The notes under the pieces were generated by a model that was not told the DNA's origin, searched no databases, and saw nothing but the letters and a program-made list of their open reading frames with translations. A DNA stretch of 64,000 nucleotides, taken from assembly GCA_012295275.1 (NCBI GenBank), contig CM022670.1, positions 11,656,001 to 11,720,000 of the forward strand. The letters run 5' to 3'. Below, one piece after another: positions 43,201 through 56,871 of the stretch. The translations under genes were made by a program, and so were the position numbers. Source of the stretch: Chrysomallon squamiferum. Its lineage: Eukaryota > Animalia > Mollusca. The stretch's first letter is position 1. Every line of letters begins with the position of its first letter.

Positions 43201-43368
43201 ACATTGCTAGTGGCTTCTCTCTCTCATTCTCACCTGCCGATCTATAAATAAACATAAGGGTTTTCGTCGTGCGGGTCGTCATGAAGAAACATGGATGAGT
43301 AAAGTTTGCAAATGAGAAATGTGCCAGGTGATTAATCTGTCGTAGTTGACGTTCGTGATACGTACATC

Positions 43369-43474
43369 ATGTCGCTGCTGATGACGTCGAGCACAATGGG
43401 TGGAAGTCCCAGTCGTCTGTTAAACAAAGGTCCCGCTTACCTGAGGTCGCAGCGAACTAATGGAACGTTGTTCG
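43369..43474 (+). CDS. FAM110: FAM110-family protein, coding exon 1
   Basis: ATG 43369. MSLLMTSSTMGGSPSRLLNKGPAYLRSQ matches the FAM110 N-terminal PxRxLNKGPxYxR motif. Donor G|gtaagc (phase 1). Alternative in-frame ATGs follow. Confidence 0.85.
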
Positions 43475-43686
43475 GTAAGCATGTTTTTTTTTTTTTTTTT
43501 TTTTATTGTTTTTTTTTTCCTTAGTCATATTTTGTTATCATCGCTAATCCGCATCCTCATTTCAAGACCACCGACGTATCTAGTCACATCGCTACTATAT
43601 CAAAATTTTGAATACATTATAATCTAATACATTCGTAATTCGTGTAATATCTTGTACCTTTACACACGAAAGAGAACTGATTCTTA

Positions 43687-43722
<36 letters not shown>

Positions 43723-43730
43723 TAATAATA

Positions 43731-43781
<51 letters not shown>

Positions 43782-43912
43782 CAAGTAGTTTACACCATAA
43801 ATGATCATTCAGAAAGTTAGATCAGTTGTATTATAAACTACTGGTATAATAATAATAATCAGTTAATGCAACTTACAAGTTACAAATATATATATATATA
43901 TATATAACAAAC

Positions 43913-43953
<41 letters not shown>

Positions 43954-44278
43954 TAGACATATAAATACATGTATATATTAACCAGACTTCATATATTTGG
44001 GGACCGTATACTCACCAATCATTTATTATGTAATTGGTTCTTGGTGTTGACGTCATAATGAGGTCAACGTAATTATGAGAAGAGGCCCATTCAAGTGATT
44101 CTAATCAATTTAATCTAACATGCAGATAGTGAATATATTGTAAATAAAATTCAAAATTAGGAAATTAAATTTTTGTTAGACATTATTAAACATTTAAAAT
44201 AAAACCTTTATAAATCTATAGTGAAATAAATACATAATGCTGTAGGCTTGTGTTCTTTTATTTATTATCATCTTCTTA

Positions 44279-44338
<60 letters not shown>

Positions 44339-44740
44339 AATCAGTCAAATTGAAAACAACCTCCTTTGTTGCTTTTACATTCATTTTTAAAATACTTTAA
44401 GGTTCTACATTTTCAATTACCTTACACATAATTCTTTTGAACTATATTTTTGTTAACACATTTTTTATAAGATTAAAAACAAATGCTTAGAAAACCCCCA
44501 GTTCTTCAAAGCTTACTATAACTACACCATTTACATGTTTATTTATTTAAAAAAATATTAATAAATAAAAAAAGTAAAAAAATAAAAAATTCAGTCAGTT
44601 CCACATTTTGTTACTGCAGAAGCTTACACAAAGAGTAAAATTAACTCCAGAAAATACTAGAAGCCAAACAGCAGCTGAATAATTGATTATTTTGGTGTAT
44701 ATGCTTCTTCTGTGTTGTGCTTTATTATTCATTATTAAAA

Positions 44741-44778
<38 letters not shown>

Positions 44779-45269
44779 TAAAAAAGAAAATTAAAAAAAT
44801 ATTCTTCCAAATTGGACATCTTTTTAATTATCACACAACTACAGAAACCTAGTAATACTTCACTGCAGAAAATACTAGAATGCCAACAGCTGCTGAACTA
44901 TAAGCTAGCTCTTTCTAACTTAGCTGATGAGAACTGGCAGCAATCTGCAGAGTGCACCAGATACGATGTCAGCAGCAAAGTACTCTGCTACTGTAAAAAT
45001 TTTCTAATAACGTGTGCGTCAATAAAAACACTGTGTGTCAGCTCGTACCAAACCGAACTGTGCGCTTTCGGAACCTCAAGCTCCATTGACTGAGGAATTT
45101 GATTGTGTTCTTTTAAATGATGATGTGTTAACGTACAATTTATCGGCAGGTGTATGGAGGAAATAAGGCACTGGCCCAGTGCCCTGTAATAATAATAATT
45201 ATGTGTGTGCTTTGTGGCTGATGAGTTAAATGGCATGTGATCATTGTTCTCTGTTTGCTGTTTGCACAG

Positions 45270-45375
45270 CTCATCGGCGACGAAGTGCAGTGGAGTTGTT
45301 GGAGGCAAGTAAACCACAGCATCTCAGAGGAAGTCCCTATCCACACCACCATGGCAGCTCAGATGACATCAGCAG
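45270..45375 (+). CDS. FAM110: FAM110-family protein, coding exon 2
   Basis: Acceptor gcacag|CT, donor AG|gtagga (phase 2). RRRSAVELLEASKPQH matches the FAM110 SAVERLEADKxKY motif. Confidence 0.85.
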
Positions 45376-45653
45376 GTAGGAAAATATATCCAGGACTTTA
45401 TTTAGGGTAAATGGATTGAAGACAGGTTAGTGTAGTATCCCACAGAGATAAATGCATATGTTATTGATTAATTATGAAAATAATATAAGATTTAATTGAA
45501 ATGGGATTTTTTGTAAATTTTTTATATACATGTAATATGCTGCCTGTTTGATCTGGTTAAACATTTTTGTTAATCAATTAATTTATATTAAAGGTTTTGT
45601 GATACAAGATAATGCTTGAGCAGTGTAAATTATGTGTATTAGTAACATAATAA

Positions 45654-45684
<31 letters not shown>

Positions 45685-46254
45685 GTGTGTCTATATATAT
45701 ATATTATTAACATCGATTTAAACAGTGTATGTTACTCAGCATATTATTCTGTCCAAGCAAAAATGAAAAGATGGGATTGGCTGTAAAAAACAAGAAAATC
45801 AATAAACACAGCATAAATCTCAGTTAAACAATTGTTTGTTCTAGGATTTTACACACAGAGACTCACAAACACATACAAACACATACATACACACACAGAC
45901 ACATACACACATAATTAAATATAAATAACAATAAATTAGAGTAATGTTTTTCCCATAATTAACCCCCCCCTTTTTTTTTAAGTCACAAATATGTTATTCC
46001 CATTACAGGCAAGTGAAAAAACCCAGTATTATATATTTATTATTTATTTAACTGTTAATGTCAAACTAAAAAATGTTTATAAATAGTCAGTTTATTTTAA
46101 TATTCTTGCCGAGATTTAGTGAGAAGAAAGAGAATAAAGCAAATTAGCTTGTTTGTTACAATACATGGTTTATTTTATTCATTTGACAATAGCTAATGAC
46201 AATTATTTACAACTATTTCACATGAAGCAGATACTCTATATTGTCTGTAATAAT

Positions 46255-46680
46255 ATATTTTGAACTATTTAATTTTTAAACATTTTAATATACATTATTC
46301 AGTATTCAATTTATTGCCAGTTTTTTTAATTTATTTTTTTAATACAAATATTGTGAAGAGAGATATTAATATATAATCAATATAAAATATTTGCAGTTTC
46401 TTAATAATGTTGTGATCAGAAATAAAAATATATTCTGAGATTCTTAATAATGTGAAGAGAGATTTTATTTTTAGACTTTTTAATATACATATACAATGAA
46501 TAATAATATTGTCAGTTTAATAATAATCATATTCTTAAGAGTAATTTTATTTTTAAACATTTTAATATACATATACAATTAATAATAATACTGTCAGTTC
46601 AATAACAATCATATTCTCAAGAGAAGTTTTTACTTTTAAACATTTTATTAATAATAATCAATAACAAATATTCTCAGATA
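46255..46680. repeat. Degenerate AT-rich tandem repeat upstream of FAM110 exon 3
   Basis: tttttaaacattttaatatacat and gtcagttt/caataa.aatcatattct modules recur. Confidence 0.7.
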
Positions 46681-46728
46681 TCTAATAATATACTATATTT
46701 ATTGATTTCTTCTTAATCACTGTTTCAG

Positions 46729-47494
46729 CTTGCAGGCAGCCATCACGAAGCAGCCAGTGCAGTCGAAGTCTGAACACAACCTGTCGCGTGTGCTCCAGGA
46801 CTGGCGAGATGAAGCGAGGGATGAGCTGGGGATGATCAAGTCGATCACTAACTCTCTGTCTTCACCGGAGAAAAGAGTAATCAATACGTCTGATAAAACA
46901 AACGAAAAACATTATTTTTCACCCGGCAAAAAGAAGAATTCATTCAAAGAAGCAGACAACGCTGTCCTAGACGCTCTGTCAACGCAGTACTGCAACGAAG
47001 CGAACAAACCACAGAAGCATTCCCATCAAAACAATTCGTCCAGCGACCTCAGCAGTCACCACCAGACTTCGACGGACGAATGTTTTATGCAAAATTCGGG
47101 AGTTTTCTTAGTGCACCGGTCCCATTCAGCAATAAACTGCCGACATGCACGGAACAGTTCTGACTCGTCTGACTACAACAGCCACCACTCGCGTTCAAGT
47201 GCCGACTTCGAAAGGTTTTTCAGTCAGATGGGTTTAGAAAAGAACGTTTTGGATCCGATGCTGCAGCAGCAGGAGGCTCAGAAGAAAAATGACTTGTTTG
47301 AGAGCATCAGTTCCCTGGACTCTCCCGACACTCTGAGTATTTGCAGTGACTACGCCAAAAGTGACTCCAGACTTTCAGACATACCGACAGACAATGAAAA
47401 ATGTGTAACCCCAACGTCTGCCGTAGAGAGAAATGCCAGGATTATCAAATGGCTGTGTAGTGTGAAAAAAGCAAAATCAAATTATAAATGTTGA
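46729..47494 (+). CDS. FAM110: FAM110-family protein, coding exon 3 (C-terminal domain)
   Basis: Acceptor tttcag|C. DFERFFSQMGL and SAVERNARIIKWL are the conserved FAM110 C-terminal motifs. Spliced CDS 978 nt. Confidence 0.92.
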
Positions 47495-47889
47495 AAAGAT
47501 AAAATTCAGTGTAAAGCTGTTCATTTAACGTTTAATTTCTTTTGTCAAAAATCAAGAAATGAATTTGTTTTACTTTCTTTTTTCTTAATCAAAATTATTT
47601 TTATTTAATTTATACCATTATGTGTTACCTTTTATATATTATTATTATTATTACTATAATCTGTTAATTTATTACCGTTGTAAACTTAAAGAGCTTTATA
47701 AAATATTGTTTTAGTAATTATGTGACTAACCTGGATTCAGACAATCATTAAAACTTTGAATGCAATTTGACTAGTGACATTAGTAAACAAAACCTTTGTT
47801 GTCAAGTGGTGTTTTGTTTTGCTTTGGGTATTTTGGGGTTTTTTTTACTAATACTATTACTATTATTATTATTATTATTATTATTTTTT

Positions 47890-48180
47890 ACACTGTCATT
47901 AATGCTATAAGTACATGTACGCACAAATATAGATTTGTTTCTCACAAAAATGCTATTCATACTGAGAAACAATCTCACACACATTCATTTTATTATTAGT
48001 GTGCATGTGTGTGTGGTGGGGTGTTCCATTTTAATGTTCTGCTTTGGTACAGATTAATCCTGATTTTAGTCAATTCTGTTTCATGAAGACATTTTTTATT
48101 TCTTTCGTTCTTTTTTCTTCTCCTTTTAATTTTTTTTTTTTAATTTTTAATAACCCATCAATTATGATATTATTCCACTC
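47890..48180 (+). repeat. Dispersed direct repeat, copy 1 (FAM110 3' region)
   Basis: Aligns by eye with 52200-52450 (taagtacatgt..cacaaat.tagatttgtttct.acaaaaatgctat...cacacattcattttattattagtgtg...acagattaat.ctgat.ttagtca.ttctgtttcat.aagacat). Confidence 0.85.
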
Positions 48181-49219
48181 TCATGATGTATCCTTTTGGT
48201 ACCCACCTTAGCATTCATATTTTATATATCCGTTTTACAGCTTCCTGCTGTAATTTACAGTACGTTTTAACTTTTGATCACAAAGACTCAAATAATATTC
48301 CTTTAAATATATCAATAACAAAGTATTTATTAATTATTTTGTGTGTGGGTGTGTGCTTCTATAACAATCATTTTATGCGGACACCCCTACAGATAGTTGT
48401 GACGAATTTGTTACGCATGACAAGCTTGTCATGCGGAAGTGGGTTTATACCGTTTTGTTTGACCTTTGTATACCCATATTACCAGTAAAATAAAACCAAA
48501 ATACAGGGAGAGTCAGATCTTTTCTGCAAGATTATCAAAATTAACGCTAACTTCTCAAAAGATTAAGGAGGAAGCAAACCGTTCTGCTTTTATTTACTTT
48601 GATAACCACAAAAAAAAGCAGTACAATAGCGTAGATAATTATTAAGTTATTTTCTCTGTTTTCGTCGATAAGAAACTATCGTGACAGGTACTATCAGCAA
48701 CAGGATTATTCACAAACCGGACGCACCCTCGTTGTGGCAACGTTAACCACTCTTAATACCTTAGCAACACTTATTATGGCAAGCCCATCTTAGAAACTTT
48801 CTTGGAAATATCAGAGCGTCATTGATCAGACAGGGTGCGTGTGTGTGATTTTTATTTATTTATTTATTTATTTATTTTTTTGTTCTGTTTTTCAGAATAT
48901 ATGCAATCGGGCCGAAACCTGAATGTGAAAGCTGACAATGTCACAAAAAATTAATTCAAACGCATATTTTGATTAAAGCCCCTTGTTTAAAATATCAAGA
49001 TAAGAGCAATCAGCTGATACTAAGTTAGCAGTTATTATTTGTTGAAGCAACAAGTATCAAATCATTAACAACCAAGGCATTATCTGTTTAATATAAAAAC
49101 ATTAGTCCATCTAAAAGACATATCTGATTAGTGTAATAAACAAATGTATGTCACATAACACCAGCATCAATATGCATAAGTCCAGATAATGAAAATTTTA
49201 CAACAACAACAACAACAAC

Positions 49220-49280
<61 letters not shown>

Positions 49281-51429
49281 TCAATAATAAAAATTGTATG
49301 ACACCATATAGTATCCAGATATGTACATATATATGTGTGTGTGTGTGTGTGTATTTATGTATGTATGTGTAGAGAGAGAGTATGCACATGCAACAAAAAA
49401 CAAACAAAAAACAACAACAACACCATAATAATAAAAATAAAATGAAATAAATAATAAAAACATTTAGTTTTAATATCAACAGAAAACTAAAACTGTGTTA
49501 TCCAAACTGAACTGGAATCAGAACCTCCCCAAAATCAAAAATTATAAAATTTATTTTTTATTTATTTTCTCTTTTTTTTGGCAAGAGATACTAGCTGTTA
49601 CTTTGATAGCATTATCAAAAAGCTGGCACTATTTTATTTTAAGAGTTACAGTAACAAAATAATTATTTTTACTGATCAGCTCATAATATCTAAGAATAGC
49701 TAGTTATTTCATACACTGATGATTCAGATTAGTTCCATTGTGCCTACATCCCATTTTGTCTACAGCTTATAACAACATAATTAGGGTCCTTAATTGGGGA
49801 TTAATTGCTTGAGTGATTATGACATTATACCTTTATCACTTGCCTATCTGTAAAAGTCTGGTCCAGTATTTGAGTATTCTTTCACCTATTATTAAAAATA
49901 TTTCAGCAAGAGAAACACATTATTAAACAAAAAGATGCATAACACAACTTCACATCAGGATTAAAATTATGGTGAATTCATATTTATTGGTGTGTGTGTG
50001 TGTGTGTGGTTTAATGCAGTTGATGTTTAATTTCTCTGAATATCCCAAAATAGCCTACGACAGCATTTTGTCAATAAAGTATCCTTAGAAAAACCTAGTT
50101 AAATCCAAACATCACAGAATATTTGAACAATCACAAACCACTTCCAGTAGATTCATGAAGTTTTATGTATTATTAATATTAGTACTATTCCACAATAAAC
50201 AAGACAGAAATGTCACTGCACATATCACTGCATCTTGCAGCATCATGGTTTTCAATGGTTTTACTTTTTGCACAAATGAAAAGTGAGTCTGAATTAGATT
50301 ATCAAAACTGAATTTTTAAACCATACTCCACAGCTACATGAAAATATTTTATCATGGGCGTCAACTATTAAACCATATTTTAATTCCAAGTCTAATTATA
50401 TATATATTTTATTATGTTTTTAAAGGTAGTACATTTATCTACACACATATTTTTATCCCAATGGAACAAAAAGTATGCTTGTTTGCAGTAAAGCCATGTC
50501 AGTCAGTGGTGACATATGACAGTGTAACATGATTAAAGTAGGCCTAACTTGAACAAAACAAAGTATTGTCTGTCATTTTCTGTGAACTATTCTTAATAAA
50601 AAATAATACAAAATAAATAAATAATAATAAAAATATCAGCCAGTTCTCTGTTAATATTTATTATTACAGTGTTAAAAAATATTCGTACATTAATACCACG
50701 ATCTTAGATAATTAGTAAGTATCCACTCGTAATATTATGTAATATTTATTACAAAGGTGTCGAAAACTTTTATTTAAGCACGACTGCGAAGAAATTTTGG
50801 CCGGATGCTTAATAAATATATCATAGATAACTCTTTTCCTCAATATCCGAATAAATAGCCAACTGCCTACTCCGTATCCGATCGAATAACCATATCAGTT
50901 TTTAAGATATCTGCAGTCTTTTTTAATTTCTCTTGATTTACTACTACTTGTTCTTGCAACAGCTAGGTTAACCTTTATACCCGGATTTTCCGGGCACATA
51001 AGGAATATAATTTTACATAAACTTTACACCAAAAAAAAAAAAAATAATAATAATAATAATAATTAAATTATCATGGATATATTATAATAATATTATAACT
51101 AACATCGGTTGTTATATATAATATAAATATTACACTGTCAAGTAAACTCTAAATAGTGTACGAGTTCCCGGAGCTTCCAAAATTAATATGTGTAGGCTAA
51201 ACCAATGAAAATAACATTACGAGGCTTGACTAATAATATAATGATAACAGGCTAAAACGAATCGGACAACAGTTTCATTAAGTAGTAAGTTATTAATATT
51301 CACTTAAGTTGATATTTGCTGGATTCACTGTTTATGAATTTAGCTGTTGTTGTTTTTTGGTATTTGTGTTGTTTTTTTTGGTTGTTGTTGTCATTTTTAA
51401 ATATTTTTATAACTATACTGAAATAGATG

Positions 51430-51567
51430 ACACGATAACTACTGACCCCGAAATATTCGCACACGTACCTGCACTAGTCTATGACTTGCAAACTCTGTTA
51501 CGTACTTAGATACTGCGAGCACGACCCAGTCGATATTTATACGAATGTAAACACGCTCTCATTCTTA
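51430..51567 (+). promoter_or_regulatory. Candidate CpG-rich promoter / non-coding first exon of the CYRI gene
   Basis: Local CpG enrichment (about 50700-51790) ending in a strong donor TTA|gtaagt at 51568. The ATG exon has an upstream acceptor (tttcag at 53241-53246), so a non-coding exon is expected. Start approximate. Confidence 0.4.
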
Positions 51568-52199
51568 GTAAGTTTTATTTATATTTACTACTGAAATACT
51601 GTTTGTGAATATATATATGTTTTTGTTACTTCAACTTAAATATTCACGCTAGAGAAGTAAAATAAGTATTAAAAGAAACTGAGAGTGCGAAAGAATGGTA
51701 GAAAGTTTTAACAAGGAAGTACTATAATATATGATATCGGTGTAGCGCAAAGTGATTTATTTATATTATGTATTATATATCTGACCACGCTTTTAAAAAA
51801 AAAAAACATTGAATATATATATTATGCTATTTTATCATTTATTTATCTATTTCTTTAATAATTTCTTTACTAATTTATTCATATATAAATTATTAAATAT
51901 ATAAACTTATTTATATATAGTTACATTGAGCTACTTATAAATCAATTACTATCATAAAAATTTGTTTATGTTTAAAACATCATAAACTCTGTAGTAATTA
52001 TGACAGTATAATAGAATTCTGGGGAAAAAATATACCCTGTTAATGTTAATATTTATTATCTTCATAATCAAAATGGCATGCCCAAACATAGTTAAAAAAT
52101 GATGACACAGGTTTTTCTCTTGTTATCTGAATGTTTGTTAACCATATTTCTGATACCAGATAATTATAACATAACACACACACATACATATATGTTTTA

Positions 52200-52450
52200 A
52201 ACACATCATAAATACTGTAAGTACATGTGTACACAAATGTAGATTTGTTTCTTACAAAAATGCTATACATACATAGAAACAATCACACACACATTCATTT
52301 TATTATTAGTGTGTGTGTGTGTGTGTGTTCTCATTTTTACTTTCTGCTTTGTTACAGATTAATACTGATATTAGTCAGTTCTGTTTCATCAAGACATAAA
52401 AAAAAAAAAAAAAAAATATAACCCATTAATTTGTGATATTATTCTAGTCT
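52200..52450 (+). repeat. Dispersed direct repeat, copy 2 (upstream of the CYRI ATG exon)
   Basis: See copy 1 at 47890-48180. Confidence 0.85.
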
Positions 52451-53314
52451 GTCTATATAGGGTCTATATATATATATATTAACTGCATCATTAAATCACA
52501 AAATAGGGTTTCATTTTTTTGAACCTCTGTGTAATTAACATGTTAACAGAGCTCAACAAACTAAATGATCTGAACATCAATGAAAAACAGAAAATTAGGA
52601 TAGATAACGATACACAATTACAGGAACTGAAATATTTATTCAGAACATTTTGGACTGAAGGTAGTCTGGATTTCTGGACACACACTCAATACAGATAGAA
52701 AGCAGAAACATGAAAAACAAAGAATGAAACTGTATTCAACAGATACAAATTATTTCACTCTCAAAGCAGGCTCTGTTTGATCTTTACTAATCCATTAAAA
52801 TTCTTAAAATATCTTTATAGAATATCATGTTATGATAAATAGGATGAAAATTAAATGAAGAAAAGAAAGATGCAAGTAAAAATTAACACACTTCTTAATA
52901 ATCTTGTATTGCTTACATATATCATGCATAATATATCTGATGAAAATTAAACAAAAAGAAAGAAAAACAATATTTTATTTAAGTCATGAATTATCCTGTA
53001 AAGGTGTATAATGATAACAGGACCAACTGTGCAGCTATAGAATGCACCAAATTTAAAAGTAGACATGTTTTTTTTTGTTTTTTTTTTATCAGACATCTTA
53101 ATATATAGTTTTGTTCATATCCAGCTTCAAAGAAAACTCATAAAACATCTTTAGTTTTGCAGACACATTTCAAATAGTTTTCTGGAAGCTGGATAAATGG
53201 TTTGGTACCCATGTAATGTTCTGTTTGGTTTTTCTTCATGTTTCAGAAGTAACAAACAGATAAAAAAAGAGATCAAGGCCGATCCTACTGACACAGGGCA
53301 GTAGTGATTTCATC

Positions 53315-53390
53315 ATGGGGAAACTTCTGAGTATTCTGTTGAACAACGACGTCCAGACGAGAGAAAATGATTTATTTATTGACTTCGAAA
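53315..53390 (+). CDS. CYRI: CYRI/FAM49 (CYFIP-related Rac1 interactor), coding exon 1
   Basis: MGKLLSILLNNDVQTRENDLFIDFE (Gly2/Ser6 myristoylation pattern, FxDFE motif). Donor A|gtaagt. Confidence 0.92.
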
Positions 53391-54068
53391 GTAAGTATGC
53401 TGTAAGGTAGAAATGCTTTTTAATTATTTCAAGATGTGCTGCACTTACTGAATGAGGAGTCCGCCAACAGCATGAGCAAAATAAAACAGGGTTGACAGGT
53501 GCAGTGATGTACACTTTTCATTTTCCTAACAGTGATCAGACTGATTTGCACTTTTGTGGGTTTTTTTTTCATTAGCACCATATTTTATTTTCAGTGATTG
53601 TTTGAAGCTGTCACAATTCCAGTGTTCAATTTTTTTTTTTTTTTTTTTTTTGGTAAGACTTAAAACATCTATTTTGTTTATTTCTTCAACCTCAGTTGTT
53701 TGCAATGCAAAAATAATTTTAAAAATAACACGAAATGATAACCTGTTTAATTTTTAATTATGCACTTTTCAAATAAAATATTTTATTTTATCCGAAATGT
53801 TAAATGCTCTCTGTGTTAAAACAAAAGTGAATCATTACCAAATAATGGTGCTAGACATCATACAGTTTTATTTACCGTATAAATTTAAATTTATGATTCA
53901 TACTATTACGGTTCATCAGTCTCAGTCTTCTTATCATTTTTGCCTCGTACTCCACCTCTTCCTCTTCTTTCTTTTTTCTTCTTTCTTCTTTCTTCTTTCT
54001 TCTTCTTTCTTCCACTTCTTCTTTCTTCTTGTTCTTTTATCTTTTTCCTTTTCATTTCCTGTGTTTAG

Positions 54069-54190
54069 GTGCTCAGCCTACAGAGAGTGAGCAACATGTG
54101 TACAGTCTGGTGGAGGGTGTGCTGGAGTCAGCACAAGAAATACTCACAGAACTTCGCATGTATCAAGGAGCCTCTGATGATATAAGAATG
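54069..54190 (+). CDS. CYRI: CYRI coding exon 2
   Basis: ttag|GT...ATG|gtaata. AQPTESE...YQGASDDIR. Confidence 0.94.
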
Positions 54191-54338
54191 GTAATATTCA
54201 TTATTCTTTAAATGGTGCAATTTTTTGTAAGGGAACTGTTACTTGTTACCTAAAGATTTCTAGTTGTCTCCCTTGGATGAGTTTGTGTGTTAAACTAATT
54301 TTTATTATCTAGTCTTTATTAATATATGAATATATGTA

Positions 54339-54404
<66 letters not shown>

Positions 54405-55196
54405 AATGTATATGTATGTATATGAATGTATATATGTATGTATGTGTATGTATGTGTATGTACATGTATGTATATATATATGTGTGTTTATATATGTACA
54501 GATATATATACAAATGTACACATATATATTTGTGTATGTATGTTAGTATGTAAATACACAGATATATAGCAGAAGCATGAACATTGCATATTCTCACACC
54601 TACACACAAAAAACAATTACCACTTCCTTATTTGTAGAAATATAACATTTCTCTCATTGTGGACAACATTATTAACATTCATTTATGATTATTACAGAAG
54701 AGTCTGCATTAGTCAGTTTGTACTGTTTTTGTTAACTCTGTGTTCTGTGGAGCTTGGCTATAGAGACAGGAAACAGATGTTGTTACAAACATGTTTTAGG
54801 ACCATAATGTTTTTACTTTTCAATATGGTTGTTTATGGTTATGAGATACAAGATGGGTTCTGGAAATATAGATTACAAATGTTAAAAATCATTCTGATAT
54901 AGGTTTCTGGTTTTTCTAATAGCTATTCTAATAGGACCTGATCAGATTATTTTAATACTTTATCTTTTTTAATTTTTTTAATTTTTTAATTTTTAATTTT
55001 TTTTTTTATTATTATTATTTTTTTTTTAGACTTTAACTCATTTTATCAATTACTATTATAGAAATAAAACAAAAACAATATATAAAACAATAATAGAATT
55101 AAAAAAAGCCTCTTCAAGTATCACAAGTTAATGTGAGAAGTTGATATATGCTTGACTGTAAGGCTGGTTATTAATAATTGATGATTTGTATTTCAG

Positions 55197-55302
55197 GCAA
55201 TATCAAATCCCAAGAATGAGGAATACCAGGAGAAGGCATGGTTGGCAGTACGTCCTCTTGTGTGCAAACTAAAGATGTTTTATGAGTTTTCTTTGAAGCT
55301 GG
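55197..55302 (+). CDS. CYRI: CYRI coding exon 3
   Basis: tttcag|GCA...G|gtaaga. AISNP...[22 protein letters not shown]. Confidence 0.94.
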
Positions 55303-55619
55303 GTAAGAATAAAACTATACATTAAACTGTCTGATAACTACATTAGCGTTGGAAAAAGAAAAGGTTGTAGACAAAAATTTAAATACAATCAAGACATCTA
55401 AGTTCCCTGTAATATATATTACTGTTATTTAATATGTGAAACTTATCATTTGTAATTACAAAAATTATAAAAAATTATTCATAGAATTGAAATTATTATC
55501 CAGTCTATCAATTTTATTTACATAAAGACTACCAACATCATTAGTAGTAGTAAGTGATTTATAACAAGTAGTTAATACTCTGATAATAGCTCTGTTTAAT
55601 GAAAGTTATTAATTTAAAA

Positions 55620-55750
55620 CAGTCACAGGCAAACTGTGGCCTACAGTGTTTTCTGACTGGCACATAAATTTCATAAGGAAAACAGTGTTTATTAGTGGTG
55701 TGGCCCATCTAATGGTAAAGCCTGTTCAAAAAAAAAGTTGCCCATGTCTG
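55620..55750. mobile_element. hAT-type (Charlie-like) MITE, 131 bp, in a CYRI intron
   Basis: Exact 8-bp TSD ATTTAAAA at 55612-55619 and 55751-55758. Imperfect TIRs CAGTCACAGGCAAA / reverse complement CAGACATGGGCAAC (10 of 14 match). Confidence 0.75.
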
Positions 55751-55816
55751 ATTTAAAAGGTACATATAAAATAAGATATAAAATGAGGATGCTATTGTGA
55801 ATGAATCTAATTACAG

Positions 55817-55953
55817 AAAATGTTATTCCTGAACTCCTGGGTGAAATTTGTTCTGAAAAAATGACTCCTCGAGAACATCTGGAAAGTCAGCAGGCACTCT
55901 TCAAACAGTTTGCACTGGTTCTAGATTTCGTGCTCACATTTGATGATCTTAAG
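55817..55953 (+). CDS. CYRI: CYRI coding exon 4
   Basis: ttacag|AA...AAG|gttgga. HLESQQALFKQFALVLDFVLTFDDLK. Confidence 0.94.
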
Positions 55954-56244
55954 GTTGGATTATATTTTTTTAAATTCCTTAATGTAAAACTTACACTCAC
56001 AACTGAGCAAATGCTGTTCTTGTTATTATTTATTTATGTGTTTTAAATACTCTGAAATTTTAAAGTTAAAAAAAAAAAAAGATTATAATAATAATAATAA
56101 TAATAATAAATTGTTCTTCAATGACGTAAATAGAGAACATGTGAAATTTTAAATTATTTTATTAAAATTATGTCATACAGACACATTTTAAGATAAGTTA
56201 TTTTAAGTGTTTAGTTGTGTTATTACAATTTCATTACTTTGCAG

Positions 56245-56319
56245 ATGACAAATCCAGCAATTCAGAATGATTTCAGTTATTACAGAAGAACACTTTCACG
56301 AAAAAAAATGGCAAATGAG
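56245..56319 (+). CDS. CYRI: CYRI coding exon 5
   Basis: tgcag|ATG...GAG|gtacaa. [19 protein letters not shown], including the Rac1-binding RR pair. Confidence 0.95.
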
Positions 56320-56871
56320 GTACAATTTTAAAATGTTGTTAGATCAGTTTAATTTGCTTTTTTTTTTTATTTTTTATTTTTATTTTTATTTTTACTGTCA
56401 TCTATCTTTTCTTTTCTAACTGATAATTTGGTCTGATTTTAAACAAAGTTTTAGATTAAATTAATCCTAACACTGTTATTACTGCCTCTTCAAGACTAAC
56501 AAAATATTAACATTTTTAAAAAAAAATTCTGTATTTATGTTTTGTTTTAGAAAATTAGCATTTTTCTGAATTATAATATTATTTTTTAATATAACTTACC
56601 ATAAGAGTTGGTCACTGTTTAACACTATTTTATCATTTAAAAACAATAGTAATATTTAGTAATGGAAAAAAATGTAAAAAGCTGCCTTCAAATAAAAATA
56701 TTATTTATATCTAACCTCCTAATAATCTGAATTCTATTACAAATTTAAATGTTTACTTTGTGAGTTTATAAATTACATTCTTAATTTTTCATAATTTTGG
56801 TTCATTCTTTGTAGAATATTACTATTTAAAAAAATAAAAATCTCTGAGAATGTTTTTGTTTTTTGTTTTAG

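Noticed and set aside
53315-53350. CYRI N-terminus lacks the Cys of human CYRI-B
   Set aside because: Human CYRI-A also lacks it as far as I recall, so it is not unusual.
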